The notes below the pieces were generated by a model that was not told the DNA's origin, searched no databases, and worked only from the letters and a program-made list of their open reading frames with translations. The position numbers and the translations under genes were made by a program. A DNA stretch of 63,215 bases, filler included, from Octopus bimaculoides (Eukaryota): NCBI RefSeq assembly GCF_001194135.2. It is 3 parts of 2 records of this genome, joined end to end, with 100 filler letters (N's around TTAATTAATTAA, not from the genome) between each part and the next. Parts side by side here need not be neighbours in the genome. Positions count along the whole stretch, not along the records: positions 42,292 to 63,215 come from NC_068982.1; 2 more parts are not named here. One strand, 5' to 3'. The number at the start of each line of letters is the position of its first letter. The stretch's first letter is position 1. Below are positions 62,611-63,215 of this stretch, piece by piece.

Positions 62611-62887
62611 ATCTGGAAAAACAGTCGAGATTATCAAACAATGAAATTATGCGTATTTCACGATTAATTTTTCCTGTCTTTCTTTCCATTTCTATCTCTC
62701 AATCACCCTCAGCTGCTACTTCAAATATCTCCACCATTACGATTTCCTCTCGATTTTTCAGTACAAAAGAATCGCAACATTTGCTTTCTGTAGTGATAAC
62801 ATTCGTAATTCTTTGGTTCGTCGGGACAACAATGGAGATTTTTGCCTTTATTTAAAGTATCTAGAATATATATGTATATATATATTT

Positions 62888-63078
62888 GCCATGATTGATC
62901 GCTGGCCACTATACCTTTTTTCTATTTTCTCTCTCTGTTTATTTGTGTTCCTTTCTTTTGAAGAGCGTAGGCTCGAAACGTAAAAGACTTTCTCACTTCC
63001 CGAGCGTTAAACTAATACATCAGTTTGTTGTTTACACACCCGTCTTTGTTTTTTTTTTTTTTGTAAATTCCAACTATA
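62888..63078 (+). mobile_element. Penelope-like terminal repeat with hammerhead-like motif, copy 3
   Basis: gccatgattgatcgctggccacta...cttt-cttttga-a-gagc-gtag-gctc-gaaacgta-aaag (62951-62986)...cccgagcgttaaactaatac. Confidence 0.7.
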
Positions 63079-63082
63079 TATC

Positions 63083-63215
63083 TCTTTTACTCTTTTACTT
63101 GTTTCAGTCAACTGACTGCGGCCATGCTGGAGCACCGTCTTTAGTCGAGCGAATCGCCCCCAGGACTTATTCTTTGGAAGCCTAGTACTTATATTATCGG
63201 TCTCTTTTGCCGAAC
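63083..63215 (-). mobile_element. SINE family B 3' end (cut by the window edge)
   Basis: cttttactcttttacttgtttcagtcaactgactgcggccatgctggagcaccg...gcctagtactt...cggtctcttttgccgaac. Confidence 0.9.

Noticed and set aside
62700-62860. Cys-containing minus-strand frame (NLHCCPDEPKNYECYHYRKQMLRFFC)
   Set aside because: No recognisable domain, a weak acceptor after (TA)n and no clear donor.

Overview
Eukaryotic, AT-rich, microsatellite-saturated draft-assembly DNA with about 20 N gaps, almost all flanked by simple repeats. The SINE families look like those of Octopus; this taxon call is an inference from repeat recognition, not a database match. I found no host protein-coding gene that I can confidently identify, so the window reads as a large intron or an intergenic transposon graveyard. 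Nearly all supplied ORFs are microsatellite or gap artefacts; the few meaningful ones are TE fragments. Recognisable content: three tRNA-headed SINE families plus one unclassified short repeat; mariner, Tigger/pogo, piggyBac and Helitron transposase remnants; several intact MITEs with target-site duplications (TSDs); RTE, R4/Dong-like and CR1/L2/Rex-group LINE fragments; and Penelope-type terminal repeats carrying hammerhead-like motifs. Most unusual observations: (1) a ~400-bp element at 3086-3491 whose ~54-bp inverted repeats enclose a near-perfect 39-bp hairpin and a tRNA-like Pol III unit with a T6 terminator; (2) an RTE LINE flanked by a ~200-bp direct repeat that looks like a giant TSD; (3) an amplified mariner derivative whose 3' end is replaced by an inverted copy of its 5' end; (4) R4/Dong-like LINE ends that repeatedly abut (ATAC)n tracts; (5) three hammerhead-like motifs with a variant core. 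All alignments and translations were done by eye.
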